From the IMG/VR virus record IMGVR_UViG_3300042878_001497, positions 64,001 through 128,000 of that record: a stretch of 64,000 nt of DNA. The stretch is one strand, 5' to 3'. Positions 18,184 to 27,790 of this stretch are shown here, piece after piece. The stretch is from a virus. Under the pieces are notes generated by a model, which did not search any database, was not told the DNA's origin, and saw only the letters and a list, made by a program, of their open reading frames with translations. The position numbers and the translations under genes were made by a program. How positions within the stretch are numbered: the stretch's first letter is position 1; each line of letters begins with the position of its first letter.

Positions 18184-18251
18184 GTTTATATTTATAATGG
18201 AATTGTTGTAGGTAATTGTTTTTGGAATTTAAACATAACTTACGACCCTCT

Positions 18252-20186
18252 ATGAAAAAAATCTTTGTAGTACTCGCTGCAATTTTAGGATTAACAGCTC
18301 AAGCACAGAATGGTGCTAATGAGATCCTACCAGCTCCTAACTCATCTACTCCTTACATTCTAGTAGATACTTTGTTTACTCTGGCTAATCACCCGGCCAC
18401 CTACACCGATATCTACGTACACTTTGCTAACCCAACTGCAACACCAGTTAAAGCTGTCCAGTTTAGATTGTTTTACGACAATACTAAATTCTCTGGAGCT
18501 ACCATGTTCTGGGGTCCAACAGCACAGTCGGTATCAGATAAGTACGGATCTTACTTCGATGTAAATGCTAGCGGGTATATCAACGTTGTAGCAACTTACA
18601 CCGGTACCAATACTTCCTATGACTGGAATGATGGTGCGATGTTTAAGTTAAGACTTAATCACGGATCTAACTACAAAGGAGTTACTAACTCAATGGCCAT
18701 CACAGGAGCCAGCTCCTACACCAACCTTGCAACAGTTGGTAGCGGTACCGACGTTACTCTAACCTTATTCAACTACGGAGGTGCATTCCAAATGACTCCG
18801 ATGACTTTCCCAGTCAGAGCTAAGAACGCAGACGGATCACCAGCTCAAGGAGTTTGGTTCTCAGCTGCAAAGAGACTCAAGTCAACTCCTCTTGCAACTT
18901 GGCAGCCAATCTCTTCTGATTCAACTAATGCAGCAGGTCTAGTAGAGTTTACTCACCCTCTTGATACAAACTACTGGCATCTTAAGATCGCTGCTCAGAC
19001 TGACTCAATGTCTGACGGTGGTGCAATCTCAATCACAGACGCCTATAAATTAGCCAACCACGTTACCGGCCAAGATACTTTAGCAGGTATAGAGTGGTAC
19101 GAAGGTGATATCAACCAATCACAGACAGTAACTATCTCTGACGGCTTTGCCGTATTCAATAGATTAGCTCTTCAGTCAACTACCTGGAGTGGATTATTTA
19201 CAGGAGTAAACAACGTTGCAACATTATGGCCTGGTGAGTACGATCCTGCAACTCTAGCTACCGGAGCTCCTAACTGGGCTACTACTCCTAGAAGATACGC
19301 AATCGATACTATTGTTAATAGTCTAGACTCAATCAATCCTTACATCTACGTAGTTGGTGACGCTACAACAACCGGCTACAACAATCCAGCAACAATCCTT
19401 GCTAAGATCAACCCAGCCGGAGGCGGTATCACAGAATACGTTCTAGACCCAGCAGTCTATATGTCAAACAAGCCTGACACAGTTCAGTTTAGATTCCCTA
19501 AGCTAGTACTTACTGCAGACAACTTCGTTGACGTTCCAGTTACTATGTACACATTCGGTAACAAGATTGGAGCAGCTCAGATGGGCTTTGAATACGACAC
19601 CAACATCTTTGAGTTCATCTCAATCGAAGCAGGACCAGTAGCAGCTAAATGGACCAGTCTTATTAGTGTAGAGAAAGGCAGAGTGTTCTGGGCCGGTCAC
19701 GAAGATAAGATGAACCCTGCAGTGCTAGAAGCAATGAGCAATGCATTTACATTCCGCTTTAGAGTTAAATCAATCCTAGGATGGACTTCAGCTCCTCTAA
19801 GAATCTTCGACAAAGCAGCTGGTAACGAAAAAGCAGATGACCTATCAGTTAAGCCTTCTCTTAACGATGGTTCGATCATCAACGGAAGAGCTACTCTAGA
19901 TCCTATTACAACGGAGAAGATCTACGGCTTCCACGTATACCCTAACCCAGTATCGGATATGACCGGTGGATGGGCTATAGCAGAATTCTACACAGAAGAT
20001 AAGCAGCCTCTAACTATGGTGATTGCAAACATGCAAGGTCAAATCCTAAAGGCTGAAAAAATTAATCAAACAGATCTAGGCTTCCAATACAAAGGAATCT
20101 ACCTGGGTGATTTACCAAAAGGTACTTACTTCGTAAGACTGGTTATGAACGACAGAGATAAAGTTTACAAATTAATTAAATTCTAA
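18252..20186 (+). CDS. Secreted cohesin / beta-sandwich / dockerin-like / cohesin protein with T9SS type A CTD
   Basis: Signal peptide; cohesin-like VKAVQFRLFYDNTKF and IGAAQMGFEYDTNIFEF; dockerin-like AISITDA..GDINQSQTVTISD; CTD VYPNPV..LPKGTYFVRL..KLIKF. Confidence 0.8.
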   Translation: MKKIFVVLAAILGLTAQAQNGANEILPAPNSSTPYILVDTLFTLANHPATYTDIYVHFANPTATPVKAVQFRLFYDNTKFSGATMFWGPTAQSVSDKYGSYFDVNASGYINVVATYTGTNTSYDWNDGAMFKLRLNHGSNYKGVTNSMAITGASSYTNLATVGSGTDVTLTLFNYGGAFQMTPMTFPVRAKNADGSPAQGVWFSAAKRLKSTPLATWQPISSDSTNAAGLVEFTHPLDTNYWHLKIAAQTDSMSDGGAISITDAYKLANHVTGQDTLAGIEWYEGDINQSQTVTISDGFAVFNRLALQSTTWSGLFTGVNNVATLWPGEYDPATLATGAPNWATTPRRYAIDTIVNSLDSINPYIYVVGDATTTGYNNPATILAKINPAGGGITEYVLDPAVYMSNKPDTVQFRFPKLVLTADNFVDVPVTMYTFGNKIGAAQMGFEYDTNIFEFISIEAGPVAAKWTSLISVEKGRVFWAGHEDKMNPAVLEAMSNAFTFRFRVKSILGWTSAPLRIFDKAAGNEKADDLSVKPSLNDGSIINGRATLDPITTEKIYGFHVYPNPVSDMTGGWAIAEFYTEDKQPLTMVIANMQGQILKAEKINQTDLGFQYKGIYLGDLPKGTYFVRLVMNDRDKVYKLIKF

Positions 20187-20191
20187 AAGTC

Positions 20192-20572
20192 ATGAGTGAA
20201 GAACAAGAAGGCGGAATGTCTAGCGTAAAGAAGACAGTCCTAGGAGTATTAGGTACAGCTGTAACAGGTATTGGTATCTGGGCTACTACTCACATTAATA
20301 GCTTGTTAGGTATTGAGGATGAAGAGGAGACTAAAACTGAGCAGGTAGCTCCTGCCCCGGCTCCAGTTATCGTTAACCTTGAGAACAACAATACCCAGCA
20401 GCAGAACAACTCCGGTGGTGGTACTACTATCATCAAAGAGACTGTTCGTGAAGTACCAGCTCAAGCAGCAGCACCAGCTCCAGCAGCTCCAGCTGAAGAG
20501 AAGAAAGAAACTCCAGCCGAAAGAATGGCTCGCCTTAAAAAGCAGAGAGAAGACCAGAACGCCGGTAAGTAA
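20192..20572 (+). CDS. Membrane-anchored low-complexity protein
   Basis: N-terminal TM, then PAPAP/NNNTQQQNN linker. Confidence 0.75.
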   Translation: MSEEQEGGMSSVKKTVLGVLGTAVTGIGIWATTHINSLLGIEDEEETKTEQVAPAPAPVIVNLENNNTQQQNNSGGGTTIIKETVREVPAQAAAPAPAAPAEEKKETPAERMARLKKQREDQNAGK

Positions 20573-21312
20573 TGAGAACTAGAAGAGACGAGATTATGGA
20601 AAAGATTTTCGCTCCTATAGGGGTACTTCTGGTTGTAGGTGGAATGTTAGTTGTAGGTACGTTAGCGACCTCATGTAAATCTTCTGTAGGTGTACAACAG
20701 TATACAGCCGAGTTTGAGAAAGCAGAAGCTCTAAATACTCTTCCAGCCTTTACCGGTCAGAAGCAGGTAGTGCAGCTATCTAAGCTTAATGTCAATAAAG
20801 AGCTTTGGGATATGTTCCCTGAGTTAAGAGACAAGAGAGTGGGTATGGGTGTATCGAATAGAATCATTGAGAACTTCGAACAGACCGGTCGCTTTACTTA
20901 CGCTGAAGAGAAAGAAGCAATTCAGAATCAGATGCTTGATGCTTGGGAGACTGAACTAAACGGACTTTCAAATGGCAAGACTCAACTTACAATGGAAGGC
21001 ATTGCCGTTCCTAAGTATGTTGTGTATGCTGAGATCTATGACTTCTCTGTATCATATGCTGAGACTTACGATAAAGGTAAAACAAATAAGACCAATACTA
21101 CTATCATCGGCATTCAGATCCGAATGGTAAATGTGGATAACGGACAGTATATTGTGGCTTCAGGTCAAGGAACTTCAACCCAAGTTGGTGAGGGCTTCTT
21201 TAAGAATCCTCAGATGGGGTTTGATGGTTCAACAGTTGGCGTTGCTACACAACGTGCGTTAGAGGTTGCGACTGTAAACCTCGTCAAGCGCATGGAGCAG
21301 TATGGATGGTAA
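20572..21312 (+). CDS. CsgG/HfaB-like lipoprotein
   Basis: Lipobox LATS-C; GMGVSNRIIENFEQTGRFT; YVVYAEIYDF; IGIQIRMVNVDNGQYI..G.G. Confidence 0.75.
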   Translation: MRTRRDEIMEKIFAPIGVLLVVGGMLVVGTLATSCKSSVGVQQYTAEFEKAEALNTLPAFTGQKQVVQLSKLNVNKELWDMFPELRDKRVGMGVSNRIIENFEQTGRFTYAEEKEAIQNQMLDAWETELNGLSNGKTQLTMEGIAVPKYVVYAEIYDFSVSYAETYDKGKTNKTNTTIIGIQIRMVNVDNGQYIVASGQGTSTQVGEGFFKNPQMGFDGSTVGVATQRALEVATVNLVKRMEQYGW

Positions 21313-22849
21313 ATGGAAAATAGCGTTAATATTTCTAATTGCATGGTTCAAAGGGTATAGTCAGTATATCTATACCTACACCGATCCTTGCACAGGAATA
21401 CTTAACTCTGTTACCATTACCCAGCCATCAGGCTCTGTAACGCTCTTTTATGCCGGACAATACAATACTTTTACAGCAGCCCAGCTACAGGCCGGAGCCT
21501 TCGAGCTTTGGGTACAAAGTGTTAATGCAAGTGTGCCTGCAGGAAGTAACCCCTGCGCTGGAGGCGGGGGTACTATCACAACAGGATCAAATGCAGCTAT
21601 TGGCACTAATACGGTCAATAACGTATCAGGCATAGTTAGTATCGCCGCCAGTCTAGGCGGGAACATAGGATCATCCGCTATTCCGGGCGGAGGTGTAGCA
21701 GGTGGTGGAACTTCAAATACAAATAATAATGACAATGGTTCGAATTCTTCTGGTAGCAGCTCTAGTAGTTCTGGGAATGGCGGTAGTAGTTCTGGGTCTA
21801 GCTCCGGTAGCTCCGGAACAGGCTCTACAGGCAGTGGAGGGAGCACTGGTGGGAGTGGCGGTAGCGGTAGTACTGGTGGCGGTGGCTCTGGCTCGGGTTC
21901 TGGCGGAGGTTCCGGAGGAGGTTCAGGAACTGGAGGCTCTGGTTCTTCAGGCGGCTCAGGCTCAGGCGGTTCGGGATCGGGTGGTTCGGGATCAGGTCAA
22001 CCTTCCTCCGGTCAGGGTGAAGGCGGAGGAGGATCTATTCCATCTTCAGGAGGAGGAGGCTCGACTGAGGGCGGTGGTACGGAATCAGGAGCAGTCGGTG
22101 GGCAAGAAAACACAACCTCAGCATCAGGTGGGGAGTCTGAAAGCTCGTCAAATGGCAATGGTGGTGGTAAAAGCGGCGGCGGAGGTCAAAAGCAAAAAAG
22201 CAGGCAAGAGAAAGTAGGTAGAGGAGCTCTCATAGGCTCCGGTGACTTTGTCGCCATCAGAAACTCCGGCAACATCAGGGACACGGGTCAGGATAATTTT
22301 AGGTTCAACTCCTCCATCACCCATGTCAATACCAAGCAAAACTTTATCAAAGGAGTTAATCTGAATTACACTACCGGTGAGAATGTTCTGAATACTACTC
22401 TATATGGTTCTTATAAAGCTAAAGGGTTTATGGGGGTATTCTCCAATTCGGTGATGACTAACTTTAAGACCGATTGGTTTAATACAACCACAGCTCTAGC
22501 AGCTCAAAAAGCAGGACCTGCTACAATGATGTTGGGTACTAATTTTACTGCCGGGCAGCTGGGGAAGAGCTGGTTCCGGAACTGGTCCATAGTCGGAGGA
22601 GGATTTACAAACTTTAAAGGAGGAAAATCAATAGGTGGAAACGTAATGCTGTTGGGCGTATATTCACCTTATATCTTCTACTACCAAGGTCAGTGGTACA
22701 GTTCAGGAATGCTACTAGTACCTCTAGCTAACATAGATTTTAAATTAACTGATAAGTTCAAATGGAGTATTTCATTCTCAGGAGCTTATCAATGGAATGC
22801 AGAAATACTTAATTACCAGATATCAACAGGAACAAAAATACTGTTATGA
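21302..22849 (+). CDS. Secreted protein: small N-domain, long Gly/Ser linker, C-terminal beta-barrel-like domain
   Basis: Signal peptide; DPC..NPC cysteine pair; ~170-aa G/S-rich linker; alternating beta pattern in the C-terminal ~200 aa. Confidence 0.7.
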   Translation: MDGKWKIALIFLIAWFKGYSQYIYTYTDPCTGILNSVTITQPSGSVTLFYAGQYNTFTAAQLQAGAFELWVQSVNASVPAGSNPCAGGGGTITTGSNAAIGTNTVNNVSGIVSIAASLGGNIGSSAIPGGGVAGGGTSNTNNNDNGSNSSGSSSSSSGNGGSSSGSSSGSSGTGSTGSGGSTGGSGGSGSTGGGGSGSGSGGGSGGGSGTGGSGSSGGSGSGGSGSGGSGSGQPSSGQGEGGGGSIPSSGGGGSTEGGGTESGAVGGQENTTSASGGESESSSNGNGGGKSGGGGQKQKSRQEKVGRGALIGSGDFVAIRNSGNIRDTGQDNFRFNSSITHVNTKQNFIKGVNLNYTTGENVLNTTLYGSYKAKGFMGVFSNSVMTNFKTDWFNTTTALAAQKAGPATMMLGTNFTAGQLGKSWFRNWSIVGGGFTNFKGGKSIGGNVMLLGVYSPYIFYYQGQWYSSGMLLVPLANIDFKLTDKFKWSISFSGAYQWNAEILNYQISTGTKILL

Positions 22850-23664
22850 AAAAATTTTTACTACTCATCTTAATACCTTTCAATGTCTTTGCCCAGACTA
22901 CCCAAGAGGGCTCTGAATCAGTCTCGGAGTGGACTTCAATTCAGTACGTTGATCTTGATAACGACATCATTAGTAGTTCAAGCCTATCCTTCGGGTTCCT
23001 AGGTCAGTTTAGTATCTTCAGCTATAATCTCGCCTACCAGCTTAAGAATAAGAATCACACCAACGGGTTCTTCCTTTCAAGGACTCCTTCATTTAATTTT
23101 ACTAAGTTCGGCTACAACTACATCAGAGAGAAAGAATTCCCTAACGGCCTGCTTAGAACCAACACATACAGCCTCACGATAGGAGGGAGTGATGTAGGAG
23201 TGAATACAATTTCAGTTACTCCTTTCCTTAATCAGACTTACCAGAAGAGTAGCTACAAGCTAGGGTACACTTTGTTTGTGAAGGATAATAGCTGGGACGG
23301 GTTTCAATTCCTTGATACTTACATCCCGGCAGGCTTCCAGACTAAGTTCAGTGTCATGCTCTTAGGAATGAAAGAGTTTCAAGCAGGAAGATGGGTGGCA
23401 AGACCTGAGATCTTTATGTTGTCATCTCTTAGAACCCACTTTAAACATTTAGAGGACTCGGAAGATTATTTAGATATCTGGTTTTGGAATAGAACTAACT
23501 TGACTACTTACTTCGGTACTACTATTCAATACAATGTTACTGATGTATTTGCATTTGCTACGAAGTTTAGAACTAGTTATACTTATGATATATCTGATAT
23601 AGAGAATGGATACAGCAAAACCACGCCTTATATCGTTTCAATAGGCGCTAATTATGACTTCTAA
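22846..23664 (+). CDS. Putative outer-membrane beta-barrel protein
   Basis: Signal peptide, aromatic-rich alternating strands, C-terminal beta-signal YIVSIGANYDF. Confidence 0.7.
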   Translation: MKKFLLLILIPFNVFAQTTQEGSESVSEWTSIQYVDLDNDIISSSSLSFGFLGQFSIFSYNLAYQLKNKNHTNGFFLSRTPSFNFTKFGYNYIREKEFPNGLLRTNTYSLTIGGSDVGVNTISVTPFLNQTYQKSSYKLGYTLFVKDNSWDGFQFLDTYIPAGFQTKFSVMLLGMKEFQAGRWVARPEIFMLSSLRTHFKHLEDSEDYLDIWFWNRTNLTTYFGTTIQYNVTDVFAFATKFRTSYTYDISDIENGYSKTTPYIVSIGANYDF

Positions 23665-24649
23665 GGTTCTTATCACTTCAGCTTTTGTATTCCTGGTACA
23701 GTTACTAGGTCTCTCTCAGACCTTTACTCACTCGGGTGCTATAAGGACCGAAGGCAATATAGGAGTTCCAGGAGTAACAGTCAACCTTTATAAAAGAGTC
23801 ACCCCAGTCATTACAGGTTTTACAAATCAGCAGAACTACAACGGTCATTCCTACTACAGGTCAACAGGTTCAGCATTTTGGTCAGCAGCCAAAGCTGCCT
23901 GTGACAACATGGGTGGACATCTAGTAACAGTCACCACGCAGGCTGAAAATAACTTTATATTTGGGTTATGGCCATCGGGTTGGATAGGATTAACCGATGA
24001 AGTAAATGAAGGAGTATGGAGATGGGTTACCGGTGAAGCTTACTCTTACACTTCTTGGAACCCTGGAGAGCCAAACAACGCAGGTAATGAAGACTACGTT
24101 CAGTTTGTCGGTAATGGAAAATGGAATGACCTACCTAACAATGTAAACTTGCCCTATGTTTTAGAGTTTGAATACATAGTTACTACTACTGCCTGGACTA
24201 TTCAAGCCACATCAGTCACTAATTTAAATGGGCAGTATTCTTTCTCCCAACCCACCAATCCTTCCGTTGAGTGGTATATCGAAGTAGTAGTTCCTACTGT
24301 AACTTCTAATCTTACTTCTGCAGATTTTGAAGGAGTGGGTGATGTTGTAACTCAGAAAGTTACCTTAAGACCCTTCCACTATCACAAGTACGATTTAAAC
24401 CTTGAAGGAAAGATTACTACTGCCGATATTTGCATTATAGCTGATAGAATTAACGGAGCACCTTTTACTAAAAGCACATTGCTTTTTACAAATGCTCAAT
24501 GGACTAGCCTTAATAGCGGTTCTTCAAACCTAATGGGTTCAATACCTGGCTTGCAATCTAACTTTACCTTTACTCCTACTTCAGGAGGTATAAGCAACTT
24601 CTATTTATTATCGCCTGGATACTCTAACCAAGCCACGTTACAATACTAA
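23654..24649 (+). CDS. Secreted C-type lectin plus dockerin-like protein
   Basis: Signal peptide; GHSYY, C...GGHL, WIGL, WNPGEPNN, WND; YDLNLEGKITTAD. Confidence 0.85.
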   Translation: MTSKVLITSAFVFLVQLLGLSQTFTHSGAIRTEGNIGVPGVTVNLYKRVTPVITGFTNQQNYNGHSYYRSTGSAFWSAAKAACDNMGGHLVTVTTQAENNFIFGLWPSGWIGLTDEVNEGVWRWVTGEAYSYTSWNPGEPNNAGNEDYVQFVGNGKWNDLPNNVNLPYVLEFEYIVTTTAWTIQATSVTNLNGQYSFSQPTNPSVEWYIEVVVPTVTSNLTSADFEGVGDVVTQKVTLRPFHYHKYDLNLEGKITTADICIIADRINGAPFTKSTLLFTNAQWTSLNSGSSNLMGSIPGLQSNFTFTPTSGGISNFYLLSPGYSNQATLQY

Positions 24650-24658
24650 GTCAATATC

Positions 24659-25081
24659 ATGATCAATCCAATCCTTACTATGTGCTTTTACGTCGCTACG
24701 GTGACTTCAAATGCCAACCTTGCCGGTATCGACAATCAAAAATTTACTTTCGGACTAAGACAAATCACCGAGGACGTTCTCAATGAAAGAGGAAATCCTT
24801 TATGCCCGGAAAGCGATCTTAATGCAAGTCCGATCTACGTTACAGTAACTGAAATTAAAGCTCCTACTCAAGGAATTAGAATCGGACCTTTTGAATTCAA
24901 ACAAAAGAAAACAATCGTTGAGGTAGATATTGCAATCGGTTCATCAGTCTATCACGGAGTAGGAAAAGCTAATACAAACGTTGCTGCTACATTAATGCAG
25001 CTGCAAGATGAAAATCTTCCTTTCGAAAGAACAGAATTTTCAGTAGCTGTTAAAAAAGCTATTGTGGATGCCCTAGACTAG
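24659..25081 (+). CDS. Short CsgG-fold-like protein
   Basis: FGLRQITEDVL...YHGVG...FERTEFSVAVKKAIVDAL parallels the CsgG-like ORF 20572. Confidence 0.5.
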   Translation: MINPILTMCFYVATVTSNANLAGIDNQKFTFGLRQITEDVLNERGNPLCPESDLNASPIYVTVTEIKAPTQGIRIGPFEFKQKKTIVEVDIAIGSSVYHGVGKANTNVAATLMQLQDENLPFERTEFSVAVKKAIVDALD

Positions 25082-25158
25082 GTCTATTTATACCAAAGGG
25101 TTGCCGTCAATTGTTTTCTTAATCAGTTCTATAAGTTAAACTTTTTAAATAACAATTT

Positions 25159-25401
25159 ATGGCATTTTGGGACATTTTTAAAGATAAAAATGACTTCAAC
25201 GAGAAAACAATCGTTGGCTTTTTATCATTCTCGGTGATGGCTATCTTCGCTGGAGCTGACATCGTTACAGGTATTTTAGGTAACCAACTGGTAATCAGTG
25301 ATACTATCTTCAATTCATTTGTAATGATCACTCTAGGTGCATTTGGTATCGCCGAAGCAGGAAAGATCTTCGGAGGAAAGAAAGAAGAAAATAACGATTA
25401 A
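25159..25401 (+). CDS. Small two-TM protein, holin-like
   Basis: Two TM segments with a charged C-terminus; lies upstream of the endolysin. Confidence 0.6.
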   Translation: MAFWDIFKDKNDFNEKTIVGFLSFSVMAIFAGADIVTGILGNQLVISDTIFNSFVMITLGAFGIAEAGKIFGGKKEENND

Positions 25402-25411
25402 AAATTAAACT

Positions 25412-26023
25412 ATGAGCTTAAAAAGTTTACAAGAGAAGATGGGCATAGCCGCTGATGGCGCTTTTGGTCCCGGAACAATGAAGAAGGCAATGGAGTTTTA
25501 TAAGTTGACTCCAGTTAGAGCTGCACACTTCTTCGCTCAAACAGCCCACGAAACAGGAGGCTTTAAAGCATTTTCAGAGAACCTAAACTACTCCGCCCAA
25601 GGCCTGCAAGGTATCTTCGGCAAGTACTTCCCCGGTAACCTCGAAGAGTCTTACGCCCGCCAGCCTGAAAAGATTGCAAACCGAGTCTACGCCGACAGGA
25701 TGGGCAACGGAGCCGAAGCATCAGGGGATGGATACAAGTTCAGAGGCAGAGGAGCTCTTCAGTTGACTGGTAAAGCCAACTACGAAGCATTTGCAAAGTA
25801 CTTAGGCAATGACGAGGTCTTGACTAACCCTGATACGGTTGCTACTAAATACGCTTTTGAATCAGCTATGTTTTTCTTTGAAAGAAATAAGCTATGGACT
25901 ATCTGTGATAAGGGCATCAACGATGCAGCTATCCTGGAACTGACCAAGCGCATCAACGGCGGTACTCACGGACTTGAAGACAGAAATGCCAAGACTAAGA
26001 AGTACTACGAATACGTGAAGTAA
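25412..26023 (+). CDS. Endolysin, glycoside hydrolase family 19, with short PG-binding N-terminus
   Basis: AHFFAQTAHETGGF, ENLNYS, FRGRGALQLTGKANY, TKRINGG; ADGAFGPGT. Confidence 0.93.
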   Translation: MSLKSLQEKMGIAADGAFGPGTMKKAMEFYKLTPVRAAHFFAQTAHETGGFKAFSENLNYSAQGLQGIFGKYFPGNLEESYARQPEKIANRVYADRMGNGAEASGDGYKFRGRGALQLTGKANYEAFAKYLGNDEVLTNPDTVATKYAFESAMFFFERNKLWTICDKGINDAAILELTKRINGGTHGLEDRNAKTKKYYEYVK

Positions 26024-26439
26024 TGAAACCAACAGCCATATTTTTGTCTATCGCCACCACACTTTCATTCGGATGCTCTTATTTTCTAGAGCTGACAATG
26101 GGTAACTTTGAGCAGTACCTTGCTCTAATTGCTGTGGTGTTTGTAGATGGATTTTTTGGCATCATTGCTGGAATCAAGAGAGAAGGTTTTAAGACCTTTA
26201 AAGCTGTTAGAGTACTACAAAGAACAATAGTATGGGTAATGTTCCTAACTGTTATCCTGATGGTCGAAAGAGGCTTTGCAGGAACTAGTTGGTTATCTGA
26301 AACCATTATCGTACCTTTCATTCTACTTCAGCTTATAAGTGCTCTTAAGAACGCTTCGATGTCTGGCTTTATCCATATAGGGGACTTAAATAAGATCTTA
26401 GATCGAATAGATCCTCACAAAGGAGAAAGAAAAGAATAA
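26023..26439 (+). CDS. Phage holin (holin_4-like)
   Basis: Multiple TM segments; VDGFFGIIAGIKRE...ISALKNA; coupled to the endolysin. Confidence 0.7.
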   Translation: MKPTAIFLSIATTLSFGCSYFLELTMGNFEQYLALIAVVFVDGFFGIIAGIKREGFKTFKAVRVLQRTIVWVMFLTVILMVERGFAGTSWLSETIIVPFILLQLISALKNASMSGFIHIGDLNKILDRIDPHKGERKE

Positions 26440-26447
26440 AAAGTTTA

Positions 26448-26487
26448 AAGAGCCCTTGCTTCGCAGGGGCTTTTTTCGTATATTAAG
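26448..26487 (+). terminator. Intrinsic terminator overlapping a promoter
   Basis: AAGAGCCCTTGC-TTC-GCAGGGGCTTTTTT; CTTG-N20-TATATTAAG. Confidence 0.75.
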
Positions 26488-26490
26488 GTT

Positions 26491-26850
26491 ATGAGCGAAG
26501 ATAAAAATATATACGAAAGAGGCGCAGTCGAGATCCTCAAGGAAGAATACCCGACTATCTACTACGGCTACATTCAGATTCAAGCAGAGCAGTTAGAGCT
26601 CTTTGCAAAGAAGCATTTAGATTACGGAATGCATAACATCACTGCAGGTACTCAACTTGCTAACGAAGATGAGATTGGCTTTGCATTGACCGGACTCTGG
26701 TACCGAATCTCAGATAAGGTTAACCGCTGGAAGAATCTGCTGATTAATCGACGTAGTGTACAGAATGAATCCTTAATGGATACTTATCAAGACCTGGCTA
26801 ACTACGGCATCATTGCTCAGTTAGTGGCTCGAGGTATGTGGAAGAAGTAA
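26491..26850 (+). CDS. DUF1599 / nucleotide-modification-associated domain 1 protein
   Basis: KKHLDYG..NI...RISDKVNR..NL...ESLMDTYQDLANY. Confidence 0.8.
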   Translation: MSEDKNIYERGAVEILKEEYPTIYYGYIQIQAEQLELFAKKHLDYGMHNITAGTQLANEDEIGFALTGLWYRISDKVNRWKNLLINRRSVQNESLMDTYQDLANYGIIAQLVARGMWKK

Positions 26851-26851
26851 A

Positions 26852-27790
26852 ATGGCTAAGAAGAAACTCCCTAAGGAGGTAAGCCTGGTTCGTGAATACA
26901 AAGTAGAGAAGTACGACACAAAGGAGAACAAAAACATCTCCTACAGTCAATACTCAATCTACAGTACTTGTCCACATCAGTGGTATCTTTCGTATCCGAA
27001 AAAGCTAGCACCTTATACTCCTAGCATTCATACAGTCTTTGGAACTGCTCTACACGAGACAGCTCAGAACTGGTTGGATGTACTTTACAACCAATCGGTA
27101 AAGGCTGCTACTGAAATCGATCTATCAGAGTATCTGATTGACCGAATGAAGAAGACTTACAAGAAAGAAAGATTTAATAACGGACACAAAGACTTTACAA
27201 CTCCTCAGGAGCTTCAAGAGTTTCACAACGACGGAGTAGCCATAATGGACTACCTAAAAAAGAAACGTTCGATATACTTTAGCACAAAAGGAACTTACCT
27301 GGTAGGAGTAGAGGTGCCGCTGGTACAGCAGCTTAAGACTGGATTGTACTTCAAAGCCTATCTTGATCTGGTCTTCTACAATGAAGTTACAGGAAAGTAT
27401 TTGATCTTAGATATCAAGACTTCGACTAAGGGTTGGAGTGATTACGAAAAGAAAAGCGATACTAAGATCTCTCAGGTACTATTCTACAAAGAGTTCTTTG
27501 CCAAGCAATTCAATACCGATGTAGAGAACATCGATGTAGAATTCTTTATCGTACGTAGAAAGATTTACGAAGGAGGAGAGTTTGTACCCAAAAGAGTACA
27601 GCAATTCAGACCTGCTTCAGGAAAGATTAAGCGAGGTCAGGCGATGTCCGGCTTAAATAGATTTGTAGAAGAAGCATTTTCGGATACAGGAGAATATCTT
27701 GAGAAAGACTATAATAAGAATGCATCTAAAAACAACTGTAGATTCTGTCCGTTTAACAAAAGCCCTCTCTGTAGCGCAGCTATTTTATAA
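26852..27790 (+). CDS. PD-(D/E)XK exonuclease (RecB/Cas4-like)
   Basis: SYSQYS..CP, FGTALHE, YLDL..LDIKTS, Q..FY, CRFCPF..C. Confidence 0.88.
   Translation: MAKKKLPKEVSLVREYKVEKYDTKENKNISYSQYSIYSTCPHQWYLSYPKKLAPYTPSIHTVFGTALHETAQNWLDVLYNQSVKAATEIDLSEYLIDRMKKTYKKERFNNGHKDFTTPQELQEFHNDGVAIMDYLKKKRSIYFSTKGTYLVGVEVPLVQQLKTGLYFKAYLDLVFYNEVTGKYLILDIKTSTKGWSDYEKKSDTKISQVLFYKEFFAKQFNTDVENIDVEFFIVRRKIYEGGEFVPKRVQQFRPASGKIKRGQAMSGLNRFVEEAFSDTGEYLEKDYNKNASKNNCRFCPFNKSPLCSAAIL

Noticed and set aside
20572-22849. Bona fide curli system
   Set aside because: No CsgA/CsgB curlin repeats; the Gly/Ser tract looks like a flexible linker
23654-24649. Diversity-generating retroelement target
   Set aside because: No reverse transcriptase or template repeat seen in the window; the lectin is a canonical EPN/WND type
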